The notes beneath the pieces are model-generated. The model ran no database searches, was not told the origin of the DNA, and saw nothing but the letters and a program-made list of their open reading frames with translations. Positions 38,201 through 52,700 of a stretch of 64,000 nucleotides of DNA are shown piece after piece. A program made the translations under genes and the position numbers. The stretch lies in assembly GCA_051362555.1 (NCBI GenBank), contig CM120649.1, positions 18,366,567-18,430,566 on the forward strand. Direction: 5' to 3'. Position 1 is the stretch's first letter. Every line of letters starts with the position of its first letter. This DNA is from Lingula anatina. Lineage: Eukaryota > Animalia > Brachiopoda.

Positions 38201-41200
38201 AGGAGAAGCAGTAACGGTAACTTGTCGGCGGAGCCGGCGGAACGATCTGGTCGGGACTAAAACCATGTGTACCGCCAGCGCTAAATTTTATCTCCTCAAT
38301 AGTATAGTCCAGGAATTTGGTGAAAAACTGTGCATTTTTTACCTACAAGCATGAAATTTGGCACACTTATGGACAATGAAATTCTAAGCAAATTTGGATA
38401 TATGGGCATGTCTGAAAATTCCAAAATGGCCGTCAAATCCAAGATGGCTGCCAAAATACCTTTTCAAATTAAAACTTCAAGTACATAGTCTTCTAATAAC
38501 TTAAAATATCATATAAGGGTTAGAAAACACCATGGTATAAATCCTTCAGGTGTATAACATCCAAAATGGCCGCCAAAAGTAAAAAAGCAGACCATTTATT
38601 CAAGATATCCATTAGAATGGTGAATTAATCATGCACTTAAAACTACAAGCAAAAAGTTTGGCACATTTGTGGAAAATGAAATTCTGAGCAAGTTTGGATG
38701 TATGGGCATGTCCGAAAATTTAAAAATGGCCGTCAAATCCAAGATGGCCTCCAAAAATACAGCTTCTAATCAAATCTTCAAGTATATAGTCTTTAAAGGG
38801 CTTAAATATCATATAAAGGTTGAAAAACACCACAGTATGAATTCAGCATCCATATTTGCTTCTTTAGGTGCATTAAATCCAAAATTGCCGCCAATAGTAA
38901 AAGGCACTCTACTAATCCAAGATACCCAGCATAGTGGTGATTTCATCAAAAACTACAAGCATGACATTTGGCACAGTTATAAAAATGGATTCCAAGCACT
39001 TTTGGATATATGGGCATGTCTAAAAATTCCAATATATGGCCCCCAAATCCAATATGGCCGCCACACATACCGGTTCAAATTAAAACTTCAAGTATATAAT
39101 CCTATAATAGCTTAAGATAACATTTTAGGGTTAAACAAAACTATGGTATGCATGAAGTATCAATATTTGCTTCTTTAGGTATATAGAAATCCAAAATGGC
39201 CTCCAAAAATTAGAAAACAGACCACTCACAGCAGCAGTATGGTGAATTCATCATGCATTTAAAACTACCAGCATGAAAATTGGCACAATTGTAGAAAACA
39301 GAGCTCAGTTTAGATGAATTATCAAAAAACCCTCCTTTAGTTACATTAAGATCCAAATGACCATAAAAAGTAGAACAGGACTCCTTTTGGTCCAGTTGTG
39401 ACACCACATGCAGCAATTATGTAAATGCCAAGGATATGAAAATGTCAAAGTATTTTCACAAATAAGTTTTCAATTAGGTGTTGCACATTTTATGGGCGAT
39501 TAACCTATTACTTTAGTAAATGGACAATATCTCAACAGAGGATAACAGCTAGCTGCACCGAAATTTCTACTTATTTGGTTAAATAATAGCTTTAGTTGTG
39601 TTTCCCTCAGCTTTCCCAGAATTTACCTAAAGCTATAGCTTCTACATGTAATCCACTTTCCCCAACAAAATGCCAAGAGGCATTGGTCATTTTTAACACC
39701 AGAAAGCATCAGTTTACATGCATGAGGGGCAATAGGAATATGAAAGTGTGGTAGGGCATATAAGTACATGTAGGCTACTAGTGTGAGCCCATATAGGACC
39801 AGTCTGCCAGTGCTTCTGACCCCCCCCCCCCCCCCCATCACCACCACCACCACCACCACCACCACCACAGTTAGCAATTGCACACATAACTACAAACAGA
39901 TGTGGTAGGAGCTACCTGCGAAAGGTAAGTTTTGTTATCTGGGTAAGTGAATACTCCCCATGGCTTCATTCTGGATTGTCCCACAGAGTCAATGATGCCG
40001 GAAATCTCGATGAATTTTTACCTTTCAAAGTCCATATTGCACTAATTTTTTGGTATACTTCTCAGAATACACCCTGAATTTTTGAAGCTTTATATGTATT
40101 AACTTTCTGAAGCATTTTAATTCTTTTATTATCATGTTCAGTTATTTGAAAGTATAAGTTTGTAACTAAACAAGTTGCCAAATGATCAAATGAAAACCAA
40201 AGTTTGGCGCCTACCAGTACTTCTTTTTAGTGCACGAAGTTTGAAGCCTGCAATGCAACTCTTGGATACAGCAAGTATCAACACCTGCCCTCTGTTTGGG
40301 GTATTTCTTTGCTCATAAATTTTCACTAAATTCTCGGTAGCCATTACTGCAAATGTACTAAATCCATTTCTTAAAATTAGAAGCTTTTCTAATTTACTTT
40401 TGAAGCACAAGATAACATCATAAGATTACCGAGTGCAAATGTGCCCCTGCTTTTAGTACTTTACCAATGCAAAACACCAAATTGTTGAGACCTGTATGTT
40501 TGATTAGCTGTCATTTTGTTATACTTATGAGCATTTGATGAAGCGCCATGCACTGAGCTAGCTGAAGAATCATAACCAACAGACAAAATTGGTACACCCC
40601 AAGCTTTTTTTAAATTTGCCTCTTTGAGGCAAAGTTATTTTTGTGTTTCTTTCACATTTTATGGATTTTGCACGATACTTTTTTTTCTTAGAAAGGGGGA
40701 GTTGCCCATGAGTGCCATATAAGTAGATCGCTAACTTGGAATTGATCTAAATGAGAATCCAGAGCAAAAAGCCAAACTACTTATTTTGGTTTAGCAAAAG
40801 AAGGACTGTTTTCAGTACATAATAAATGTATCATGCTTCATGCTTTTTTACAAACTCTGTAGAATAGCTTCTGCACAAGTAGGAATATGCTTATTATACA
40901 GGTAGTTGCAAAGCCCACGTGCCTTTTCACGAGTGATTACAATTCAATACTTGTGGCCCACTGACTTTTGGAGGCCATTTTGGAATTTTAAAACCTAAAA
41001 TGACAGATACTGATGCTACATACATACTATGGTATTTTATAACCATTAGATGATATTTTCATCAAAGACTATACAAATAACTTTCAAAGGGTATTTTGGG
41101 GGACATATTGAAATTGACTGCCATATTGGAATTTTCAGACATGCCCCCATATCCAGTGTTACTTAGAATCATGTTCTCCACAACTGTGCCAATTTTTATG

Positions 41201-43696
41201 CTTGTAATTGTAAGTGCTTGATGATTTCACAAAACTACTGCATATTTTGAGTAAGTAGACTGCTTATTTTACTTTTGGAGGCCATTTTGGAATTCTATAC
41301 ACCTGTAGAAGCGGATATTGATCATTCATTCACAGCATGATATTTTCCAGCTATAAAATGATATTTTAAACCATTATAGGACTATATATTAGAGGTTTTC
41401 ATTGAAAAGAGTATTTGTGGCGGCCATATTGGAATTTCCAGACATGACCATATATCCAAAATTGCTTAGAATTTCATTCTCTACCACTGTGCCAAATTTC
41501 ATGCTCGAGGTAAAAAATGCACAATTCACTCTTTTTTCTGCACCAAATTCTTGGACTAGTATATTTTCTGATGGAGCATCCCACTCTTTCAAACAGCAAC
41601 TTTGCCTGTTGTGTTTGCATTTGGTGGCACAACCAATGTTGAAAAGAGCTAGGCAATAAAGTAGTGATACCAAACTATCAAACTCAGGGTGACTAGTACA
41701 TATATGATAAGCTGACAGAGAATTACTGTGATAGATGGCATTTTTAAAACTCAGGGAGGTAACCTTTGATCCTCAATGACAAACGTTTCAAAAATTCTTC
41801 CTTTCTGCTATCTATGGGTATCAAATATCTTAAGGGGAAATGTAATTCTCTCAGTTCTTTCCTGGTGATGTCTCTATATGCAGGGATGACTTGTTTTTCC
41901 TTTGACATTGCCTCATCCATTATCCTTCTTGTTTCCGATTTCAACTCAGCACTTAAATAATAAAAAATAATTTATTTGAGTTTTGCCATATTAAATGATG
42001 TATGTGTGAGAGAGGGACTTTTGTCAGAATTCAATGACAAAAAGGAAAGAAATAACACAGAAAAAATACAGCTATTATCAAAGTACACAGAAGATGCCAC
42101 GAATACACTTCCAATGTACCAAATACTTCAAAAATACATAAACAAAAAAGTTTTTTTCTAAAGATAGTGCAAGTTTCTTTCAAAAACATTCTTATTCTGC
42201 AAAAATTCATCTTGTTCCCCTTTTTGGATCATGAGCAAACAGCAATTTCACAACTATATTGGTTTATTCTTAACTGTTAGTTCTATGAGATGTATAGTTA
42301 AGCAAATTCCTAAATCAAAAATATTGTAGCCAGCTCTCTGCCAGTACATATGGCAATTGCACTACACTTTACCTTCAAATATCAGGTGTGTAATAGATTC
42401 TGCCACTTCCAGACAGAAAAAACAAAATTCAAAGAGAGACACCTTATACTTACTCATGCAGGTAATGTGCAGTAATATACAGCAGTATTCTCATGGATTG
42501 TTTCAATGTATAATCAAACATATCCTTTACTCCCATTACAAGTGGAGAACCACTTTCAAACAACATACAAGTCACCCCTTGTCCTGCTAAATCTGGCAAA
42601 AAATGTAAAATATACGTTATATATTCAACTCCAGATATACATACATTTCACTGGAACTTACTTATATTCAATTTAAATTAATTGACAATATTTTTTGTGA
42701 TATAAATCATTTACCTGTAGAAGGGTGCTTCTTATTTACTAGTGCACGTAAGTAATATAATTAATTTACATCCAACAATATTACCTGCCTCCAACATCCA
42801 TGCTATATTGAAAAATAATTTCTATACTTTATAACTCTGTTGTACATTACATGTTGAATGGCCATAAATCATTTCTTAGTTCAAAGTATTAAACAGAGTT
42901 ATACTCAATATACAAACCTTGAGATAGTTGTTCTACCTCCTCTTCATCTCCTCTGGCATAAAAAATGCACACATCATATTTTACATCTTCTCCTGGAAAT
43001 ACACAAGTTATTTACTTATTATACTCATCTTGCACACACCTTGACTGACAGATGTAGCCAAGATCCCATTTGCTCTCAGCTGATAATCACAATAGTACAC
43101 TGTATTCACACTAAAGATATCACTACACAAAACAAGCTTATATAGTTTGACTTTTGAATCACAAAATATCCAAAATATAAAAGTTATTAATAACTAGGCA
43201 GATATGTCCCATAATGTTAAAATATTTTTAAACTCCTCAATAGAATATTTTCTGATGGGGCATCCCACCCCTTCAAACAGCAAATTTGCCTGTTGTGTTT
43301 GCATCTGGTGGTACAACCTATGGGGAAAAACTAGCCAATATAGTAGTGATATCAAACTCAGGATGACAAGTAAATGTATGGTAAGCTGACAAAGACAGTT
43401 ACATTTTTTGTACTGTAATAAACAGTATTTTTAATACTCAGGGAGATTACCTTTGATCCTCATTGATAAATGTTTCAAAAATCCTTCCTCTCTGCTATCT
43501 ATGGGTGTCAAATGTGTCAAGGGCAAACAAGATTCTCTCAGTTCTTTCCTGGTGATGTCTCCATATACAGGGATGACTTGTTTTTCCTTTGACATTGCCT
43601 CATCCATTATCCTTTTCGTTTCCCGTTTCAACTCAGCACTTAAATAATGAACCATAATTTATGCAAATTTTGCCATATTAACAGATGCGAGAGATG

Positions 43697-43730
<34 letters not shown>

Positions 43731-46700
43731 GACTTATCCAGAATTCACTGACAAAAACAAAGAATTAACACAGAAAAAAAAACAGTTGTAATTAAAGTAC
43801 ATAGAAGATGCCAAGAATACACTTACAACCTACCACATGCTACAAAAAAGACAAACAAAAAAGTTTTTTTTTTCTATAAAAATAGTATAAGTTTCTATCA
43901 AAATTCATGCTGCAAAAATTGGGCTTGATCCCCTTTTGGATCATGAGTAAATAGTGATTTCACAACTATAATTAATAAATTAATTGGTCTGTTCTTAACT
44001 GTCATTTCTAATGCCCGATAACCTTAAGTGTGTTAATGAGATATCTAGTTATGCATTACTTAAATCAAAAATAAAGTAGCCAGCTCTCTACCAGTATATA
44101 TAGCGATAGACAAAATTAAAAAGGGACAGGAAATGTGTCATCTTCCTTTAAAGACATCTGTGTTCGGGTAAACATTTGCCCTTTGTCTCAGATAAGCAGT
44201 TCTGATAGCTCCATGGGAGCCTGAACAGCTTATTATCAAGGTTGTGCATCAGTGAATTTCTATTGTTCTGTGGCATTGATAACGCAATTTCTCGAGGACC
44301 CTTGTGATTGCTATAATACAGCATCACTGCCATCTTGCAGTTGCAAGCACATAGGCTTGCATCAACAGGCGGAAATTTGTTTCCAGTTTTCGGTATCTTT
44401 TTCCTGTTACCTCATAAAAACGGGTTCTGGCATTTGTCTGAACTTGTTATCGTGTCCACGATTGTATTGCTCTATGTTGAGCTGATATAGTATTGGTTTT
44501 AAAGCAATGTATCAGCTGATTTATGTGTCATGTTATTTTCTAAAGAGAGCCGATATTGAGAGTGAAAGAATTATCAATTAACATCCCCAAATCTGAGCAG
44601 ACAATGGTAACATGAATATATATATACAGTTCAGCAGTGTTGATGTCAACTTTGATAAAAGGATATTAAAAGCACCCCAAGCGCATTTTTGTGTGTCACA
44701 AATGCATGTGTGGTGCCATATTGCAACGAAAATCGATATTGAGAGTAAAAAAAAATATTAATTAGCATCCAAAATTTGAGCAGACATTATATAGCTGGTA
44801 ACAAGAACACATACATACAGTTAACAACAGTATATATGTCAAATTTGATAAAGGGATATTAAAAGGCAACACGGGTGCATTTTTTGTGTGTCACGAATGC
44901 ATGTGTGGTGCCATATTGCAACGAGAGCCGATATTGAGAGTAAAAAATATTAATTATCATCCCCCAAAATTGAGCAGATTTTAGCAAGTAGCATGAAGCT
45001 ATATATAAAGTACACAGCAGCGTTGATGTCATCTTTATTTAAAAGATACATAAAAAATACCAGCCTAAAAGAAATTTCAGCGAGCCTAAGAAATCGGAGA
45101 GAAATTGCATCATTTTAATTCAAGACACGATTTAAGGTTTCATTATTGCTGCATCTCAAGCTAATTTCTCACATAGAGAGAAAATTTCGACACAAGAAAT
45201 ATATTCCTATTCCTCTGGTGGTACAATCTAAAAACAAGTAGGCTACACTACAATTATACAACTTTGAATGCTTATTTTACGGCAACAAACAAGATTGCCT
45301 TTACCACATAGGGCATTTTGAATTCCTCCATGAATAAACATATCAAATTCTCACATAGTTTCCAAATTGATAGAACAAATTGAACTTATACTTAATCTCG
45401 GTAAGTTTATTGTCTCATCCACCCTAAGGACTGCCTCAAGTTATCGCAATCTACCTGTCCAAATGACACAAAAAGTCATCGACATCTGCTATACGCTCGC
45501 TACCTGTACAGAAGGTCACGTGATCCAAATGCACATGGTTTCACCGAGAGCTCGCATTAAGCCAATTATCCTTTCTACTTGCTTCACGTTACCAGTCCCT
45601 TTGTTATTATGCCCAAAATACAGCAAATGGCAATTTGCACTACACTTTACATTCAAATATAAATGCATGTGTAATTTTAGATTCTACAGCAGCCAGACAG
45701 AAATAACAAAATAAAAAAAAAAAAGACACATTACACTTACTCATAATGAGTAGTTTTATACAGCAGCATTTTCCTGGATTGTTTCAAGGCATAATCAAAC
45801 ATCTCCTTTAATCTCATTTCAAGTAGAGAGTCGCCTTCAATCAACATACAAGTCACCCCTTGTCCTGCTAAATCTGATAAAATGTCAAATATATGTTATA
45901 CATTCAACTCGATATACATGCATTTCATTGGAACATACTTAATGTATTCAATTTAAATTAACGGAAATCTAAAACATTTACCTGTAAAACGTGCTTCTTA
46001 TTAAGTAGTAAGTAATTAATATTAAATAATTTACATTCAACAATATTACCTGCCTCCAACATCCATAGGATTGGGAAATTATTTGTTTACAATAACTTTA
46101 ATTTGTGACATGTTGAATGTCCATAAACTATTTCTTAGTTCAAAGTATTAAACTGAGTTATACTCATCTCCACAAACCTTGAGATAGTTGTTCTACCTCC
46201 ATTTCGTCTCTGCTATTATAAAGTATGGACACATCATATTCTATATCTTCCCCTGGAAAGTTATTTACTTATCATACTCATCTTGCACACATTTTGATTG
46301 TCAGATGTAGCCAAGATCCCATTTGCTCTCAGCAGATTATCACAAAAGTGCACAATCACATTAATTTTGATCTTTATTATGCCAGTTCCAATTCATTCAC
46401 ACTAAAGATATCATTACACAAAACAAGCTTAGTTTGACTTTTAAATCACAAAATATTCAAAATATTTTAGTTATTAAATACTAAGCAGATTTGCCCATAG
46501 TGCTAAAAATAAATTTATTAAACTCCTCAATAGTATATTTTCTGGTGGTGCATCCCACTCTTTCAAACAGCAAATTTGCCTGTTGTGTTTGCATCTGGTG
46601 GTACAATCTATGTGGAAAAACTAGCCAATATAAAAGTGATTTCAAACTATCAAACTCAGGATGACAAGTACATGTATGGTAAACTGACAGAGATGTTACT

Positions 46701-49700
46701 GTTATAGACAGCATTTTTAATAGTCAGAGAGATTACCTTTGATCCTCATTGACAAATGTTTCAAAAATCCTTCCTTTCCGATTTCTATGGGAATCAAATG
46801 TGTCAAGGCCAGAGGTACCAAAAATTCTCTCCTTTCTTTCCTGTTTACTCCATATACAGGGATGACTTGTATTTGCTGTGACATTGCCTCTTTTATTATC
46901 CTTTCTGTTTCCCTCCTCAACCCATTACTTAAACAATTAACCATAATTTATGTAAATTTTGCAATTTTAAAAGATGGGTGAGAAAGAGAGAGAGGGGGGA
47001 ATTTTTCAGAATTCACTGAAAAAAGCAAAACAATTAACACAGAAAAAAAAACAGTTGCAATTTAAGTACACAGAAGATGCCAAGAATACACTTATAACCT
47101 ACTACATGCTACAAAAAAAAAAAAAAAAAAAAAAAAAAAGACAAAAATTTATATAAAAATAGTATAAGTTTCTATCAAAATTCATGCTTATTCTGCAAAA
47201 ATTGGGCTTGATCTCCTTTTGAATCATGAGTAAATTGTGATTTTACAAGTATAATTCAAAAATTAAATGAGATTTATTGAAATTTAATTGAAATTCTATG
47301 AAGTTTCTAATACAAATGAGAGGTCATACGAGATTTCCGTTTTTGCGAGAGCACATGCGCACGATAGTCACTATCTCGAGTGACCAGCATTGCAACTCAG
47401 AAATTTGTTGCAATTATAATACCACTATACAACAAAAGGAATATAAATTCCTTATATGTTTCTCAGATAATATAAAAATTATCTAAGGTGTATTATAAAA
47501 ATCAACCCATAAATATGGTTATGATTTTTTACATGATAACATAAGTTATCTTAGGTTCATTATAAATATCAACCCATAATTGTGGTTTTACATGTTTCTA
47601 TGTAAACCAGGCACTCCCCCCCCTCCCCCTTTTTTGCTGTGGAATAGGGGAGGTGGGTTGGCGTATGACCTCTCATTTGTATTAGAAACTTCATAGAATT
47701 TCAATTAAATTTCAATAAATCTCATTTAATTTTTGAATTCTATTTCGTTTCCATACAAATGAGGTCATACGAGATTCCCGTTTTATGCGAGAGCACATGC
47801 GCACTTGCGCATATCTTCACAGTTCGAAGCTTGCTGGTCACGAGAGCAAGTTTAGCTCAAAATATAATACTACATAACTTTTCCAATTATTCAACCTGCT
47901 TTAGAAAATTCTTTCCCTTAAACAGGTTTATTGTAGTACTTAGCAAGCTTTGCTTGAAAATCATCAAGCTGCTTTTAAGAATATCATATACGGGAAATTA
48001 TGCTGCTGACACTGCTGCAGCTTGGGTTGAATGAGCCTTAAATGATTCTTATACACATGCTTGGTGCATCAACATCCGAATCCATCTTGATATTGTATCT
48101 CTTGAAACGGATGAATTAAGGCTTTCAATAACTAATAATTTTTTTTTTTCCTACTTTGCCATTTATTAATGGTTTTGTCCATTTATTAATGGTTTTGTTC
48201 TTTTCAAATATTCTTTAACACATATCAATGTATGCAATCCCCTATTTAGGGGGTACCATAAAAATGTAAATGTTATTGTACCAACACCTGGTCTTGAACT
48301 GTTTCAAAGTTTCTTTGATTTTAAATAAAACAGTTTTTGTGAAGTTCTAACTCTCTGAACTTCAATAAATGCACAAAATCTTTTTGTGCAGATGTAAGAG
48401 ACATGAGGATGATAAACTTCATTGAAAAAAAAAAAAATCTTTCAATGATAACTGTCTTACTGGTGACAGTTTTCTTAAGTTATGTTAATCAATTGATACA
48501 TGTCAAACTTTCTGATATCTGGGTGCACTGGGTCAGTGTTAAAAACTCCTTTCAAGAACCATATAATCTAAGGATGTCTCCCAACCGTCGAAGCAACAAT
48601 GCCAATAGTTGTTGATAATGCATATCTAGCAGTGTCTATAGCACTGTTATTTGAGCCATCTTCATAGAGATGTACTTAAAAGTCTAGCACATTGCTGTAG
48701 TTGGTCTATATTCAAAACGACCTTCACTTTATTTGAAAACATTCTTCATTTTTTAATATAGACTGAATAGTGGTTTTTTGCACATGCTTTAAATAAGATT
48801 TTACATGCTTTAAATATGACTTCAATAGCTTTCTCTGTAATTCTATCTGACTTGACAGTTTTCGTGATACTTTGCATGCCAAAAATTTCACACAGTCTCC
48901 TATTGGGTGTGTCACCCCTTTCTGGTGAGAAAAGATGTTAATACTGTTGTTGTTGGCAGTAAAAGAATAGGAATATCTTCTAGTGAATATTTCCTTTAAA
49001 TTAATTGAGCCATGCTTGCGTCAACCATAAAGGTATCACAACTTAAGCATCTGCCTGATCTTTCCCAGAACTTCTTGATTATCCTGAGCATCAGACTGAA
49101 AAGGAGGAATACATTCTCCTAAGATATCAAAAACATTGTTGTATTCAGTACCAGGTTCTGGTTTCCAAGCAGCAAATATTCCTCATTTGCTATTTGATCT
49201 TGATCTTATAAAATTTATATGTGGCATAGCTAATATATCTGTCACTTTTTAAATACATAATATTTAGTGACCATTCAGTTGTAATATTCACATTTCTTGA
49301 TTCCTTATATGCCTTTACATTTTATATTCCAGGCAAATAATTAGCAGTAAGCCATATATCATTTTCAATGTAATGATTTTTTTTTTTTTCCTCTATTTGT
49401 GATACTATTTCATCACAAATTGATCATGAGGATTTCAAAACCTCACGTGTAATATATGCAACTGCAGTAGTATTATCATATCTTTCCTTCGATATTTTGA
49501 ATTAAGGCATGTAATGCCATTTTATAACAAGCAATTCAAATGCATTAAAATTATCATGACAGAATAAAATTCTTCAGTAAAGAATCCACCAATTCTCATA
49601 TTTCTACATTCATCTAACCATGCTAAAGGAGAAGCATTCGATTGAATTTCGATCTGTGCATTGCCATGATAAATTTTACATGTTGCATATAAAAATATTT

Positions 49701-52700
49701 CTAGACCGCCATTCTAGGTCTACTTCCTTTATCTGTAAAATCCATTACAGCTTCATAATCATCTTTATTTTCTTTTAATGCTTTAATTTTTCCTCTCTCT
49801 AGTTCCTATAATGCAACTGTCCATAACAGACTCGTGCAAACATGACATTGATATTTTTCTAATATTTTTGCTGTGTCTCTAATAGATGCGTCATCTCTTG
49901 TTATAAAAACATCAATCTTTTCTTTATGTACTTCTTTCTTTTTTGTTGGCAAGTTGCACAGTCATGTTTTCAGAATTTATTTTCAAATCCCAAAATACAA
50001 TTTCTTGAGTTGGGATTTATTATAATACAAACTTTTCTTCATGGATCAAAACCCCACAAGTTTTGAAAAACTTGACAGCTTCTTTCACTGCCCAAAGACA
50101 TTCATTTTCTGAACTATCTAGTATATAAATGTCATCTACGTATGATATCATACTATTCCTTTCCTTTTTAATGTTGCACATAATGGCTTTCATAAGTTTT
50201 AAATGCTCCAGAACATCTGAATAGCCACATTTTAGGGCAGAATGTATGATTTATTTCTCCACTCAAATCTGAGAAATTTCTGATGCTCTGTAAATTCTTA
50301 GCATATGATATGCATTTCTGAATCTATGCATGCCATGAACTCTTTATGACATATAAATTTTAATTGTCTTCAAAGTATCCATTTCAAACTTATGGTACTT
50401 CATAAACCTATTCAAAGGTTAAACATTAATATTATCCATCTTGTGCCATCTTTTAGGCCTAGTATATATATTGTATTGACAAATTTGTCCTCTTATTATG
50501 TGTTTCAACAATGACAACTTATGTAAACATGTTGAAACTTCTGTATCAATAAAATTTTCTTCAGATTCTTTGAATCTTATTTCTTTCATTGGTGTTGTCT
50601 GTTTTGGATGTAATCATCCATAAACGTCAATCTTAGACTTATAACAGTCTGTAACACCCAAGCATCAGAAGTTAACAATTCCCACTGGAATATTCTAGTA
50701 GCAATGTTATGTTGAAGACATACTTTAAATTTTCCTTCAACACTTCTACATCCAATGATGCTGAACTTTTTGCATCCTATTGCCTGTGAAAAGTCCTAAT
50801 ATGACCTCTATTAGTGCCATTTCTTTTGCACATCCATTGCTCTAAGGAAATATCTTCCCCTAGCTCACATGATAACTCTGCTTCCTCTGGGAGTCCCAGA
50901 ATTTGATGGACCAGTGTCTTAGACACTTGATAATTCATTCTATTTCCATGTAACTGATTCTTTTTACTATTTCATCCCCACCAAACCTATTGGTACCTGG
51001 GATGGAATTTTCACATAAATGTATATGTATAGTTTATCTATGTGAGGTCTTAAAACCTCTTCCCTTCTTGAACAAAGTTTAAAGTTTGTGCAACTAAATG
51101 CTCGAAATGCATTCATAGCATCATAAAATAATTCTTCAAAATCTTCTTCCAGATTCTTTAGTATATGAATCTCATTTACTAATGAGTTTGTTTATTTCAA
51201 GTGTCAAGGAGAAATCACCCTTTTAACTAAATGTTCACTCTGTGAAACCTTCAATCTTATGATTCAGCATCATGACAGATGCTAGGCCATTTCTCCCTCA
51301 TTTATTATTATTGGTTTCAAACCTTCACAGTTAGAAGGAGTCAATTTTTCATCATTTTCCTGGTAAAATTATTCCTCTAATTTATTTTCATTATTATCAT
51401 TTATCTTACATGTATCAACTTCATGGGCAGCGTCTGCCATATCAACCAGTAATCTGAATTCTGCACTTCACTACTAGTAAATACTGATGTGTCATCAGAG
51501 ATTTGCTCTTCACTACTAGTAAACACAGACGTGTCGTCAGATATTTTCTACTACTAGTAAACACAGACGTGTCGTCAGAGATTTGGTCTTCACTACTTGT
51601 AAACACTAACGTGTCGTCAGAGATTTACTCTTCACTACTAGTAAACACAGACGTGTCGTCAGACATTTACTCTTCTTAATAAACATGAGAAGGATATTCA
51701 TACCTGATTTTGTTTTGTAAAATCCTCCATTTGCTTCTTAATATTACGTTTCATATTCTTCAGTGAGCCAGTTATTTATTCTAATGCTGCACTGATTTTC
51801 CCACCACAGTCGTGGCATTATCGGTACTCGTTGACGCGCCATTTTCATTTCTCTCATTAACGTTATTCTGCGTCAATGTTTGATTCCGTGTTAGAAATTG
51901 TGATGCGTCACCACTTCTTTTGACTTCCCGTCGGAAGATTTTTGTGGCCCTGCGGCATTTTGTAACTTTTGGTCTATTTCCGACCTTATCAGCCATAGTA
52001 TTCATTGAGTTTTGTGCCGCTCTCTGGCCTCACGTGCTGTGCTTGCTCGACAAGAAACCGGAAGTGAAGATATGCGCAAGTGCGCATGTGCTCTCGCATA
52101 AAACGGGAATCTCGTATGACCTCATTTGTATGGAAACGAAATAGAATTAAAGCAATAATAACTCTTCCTTTGAGATTCAAAATTCTGCAAGAAATACATT
52201 GTAAACAACGCATGGAAATATATTCTATTGCATTTTACTACTAAAACGGCTGTCATTGTAGTAAAACTAAAATCTGTGCTTGTCAATAGGGCTTTCGATG
52301 CCTTTCTTCACGGTCGTCAAGGCAACCTTCGCAAATGACATTGGGGTGTCACGCGGATTCTTGCGTTCATTCGAGACCAAAATATCATATGGCGCCAGAA
52401 TTGCACACATTGTAGATTTAATTGCATTTGATATCGTGTGACTACGGTAAAGTCTTGAAAATTTCGTCGCTTAAAAATTCATTAAAATTTTCATTTTCGT
52501 AAATCCGACTAATTTTTCAAAAATTACGTCTCCCCGACTAGTTGGTATGACGAAATTGTCAAAACTTCGACTTTCGAGCTTTTATCCTTACCGGCTTTTA
52601 TCCTTGTCCCTCATTTATTGTGCGATATTTATCACTACTTCCTAAGTCATTTCCTGGTGGTAAATAATAATCTATTTATTAGTGCATCTCAATAAAATCA

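Noticed and set aside
38669-39115. 148-aa ORF
   Set aside because: Derived from the subterminal repeats of the foldback element; no transposase motifs.
51465-51675. Regularly spaced ~42-bp repeats resembling a CRISPR array
   Set aside because: No unique spacers, eukaryotic context and no cas genes; it is a minisatellite.
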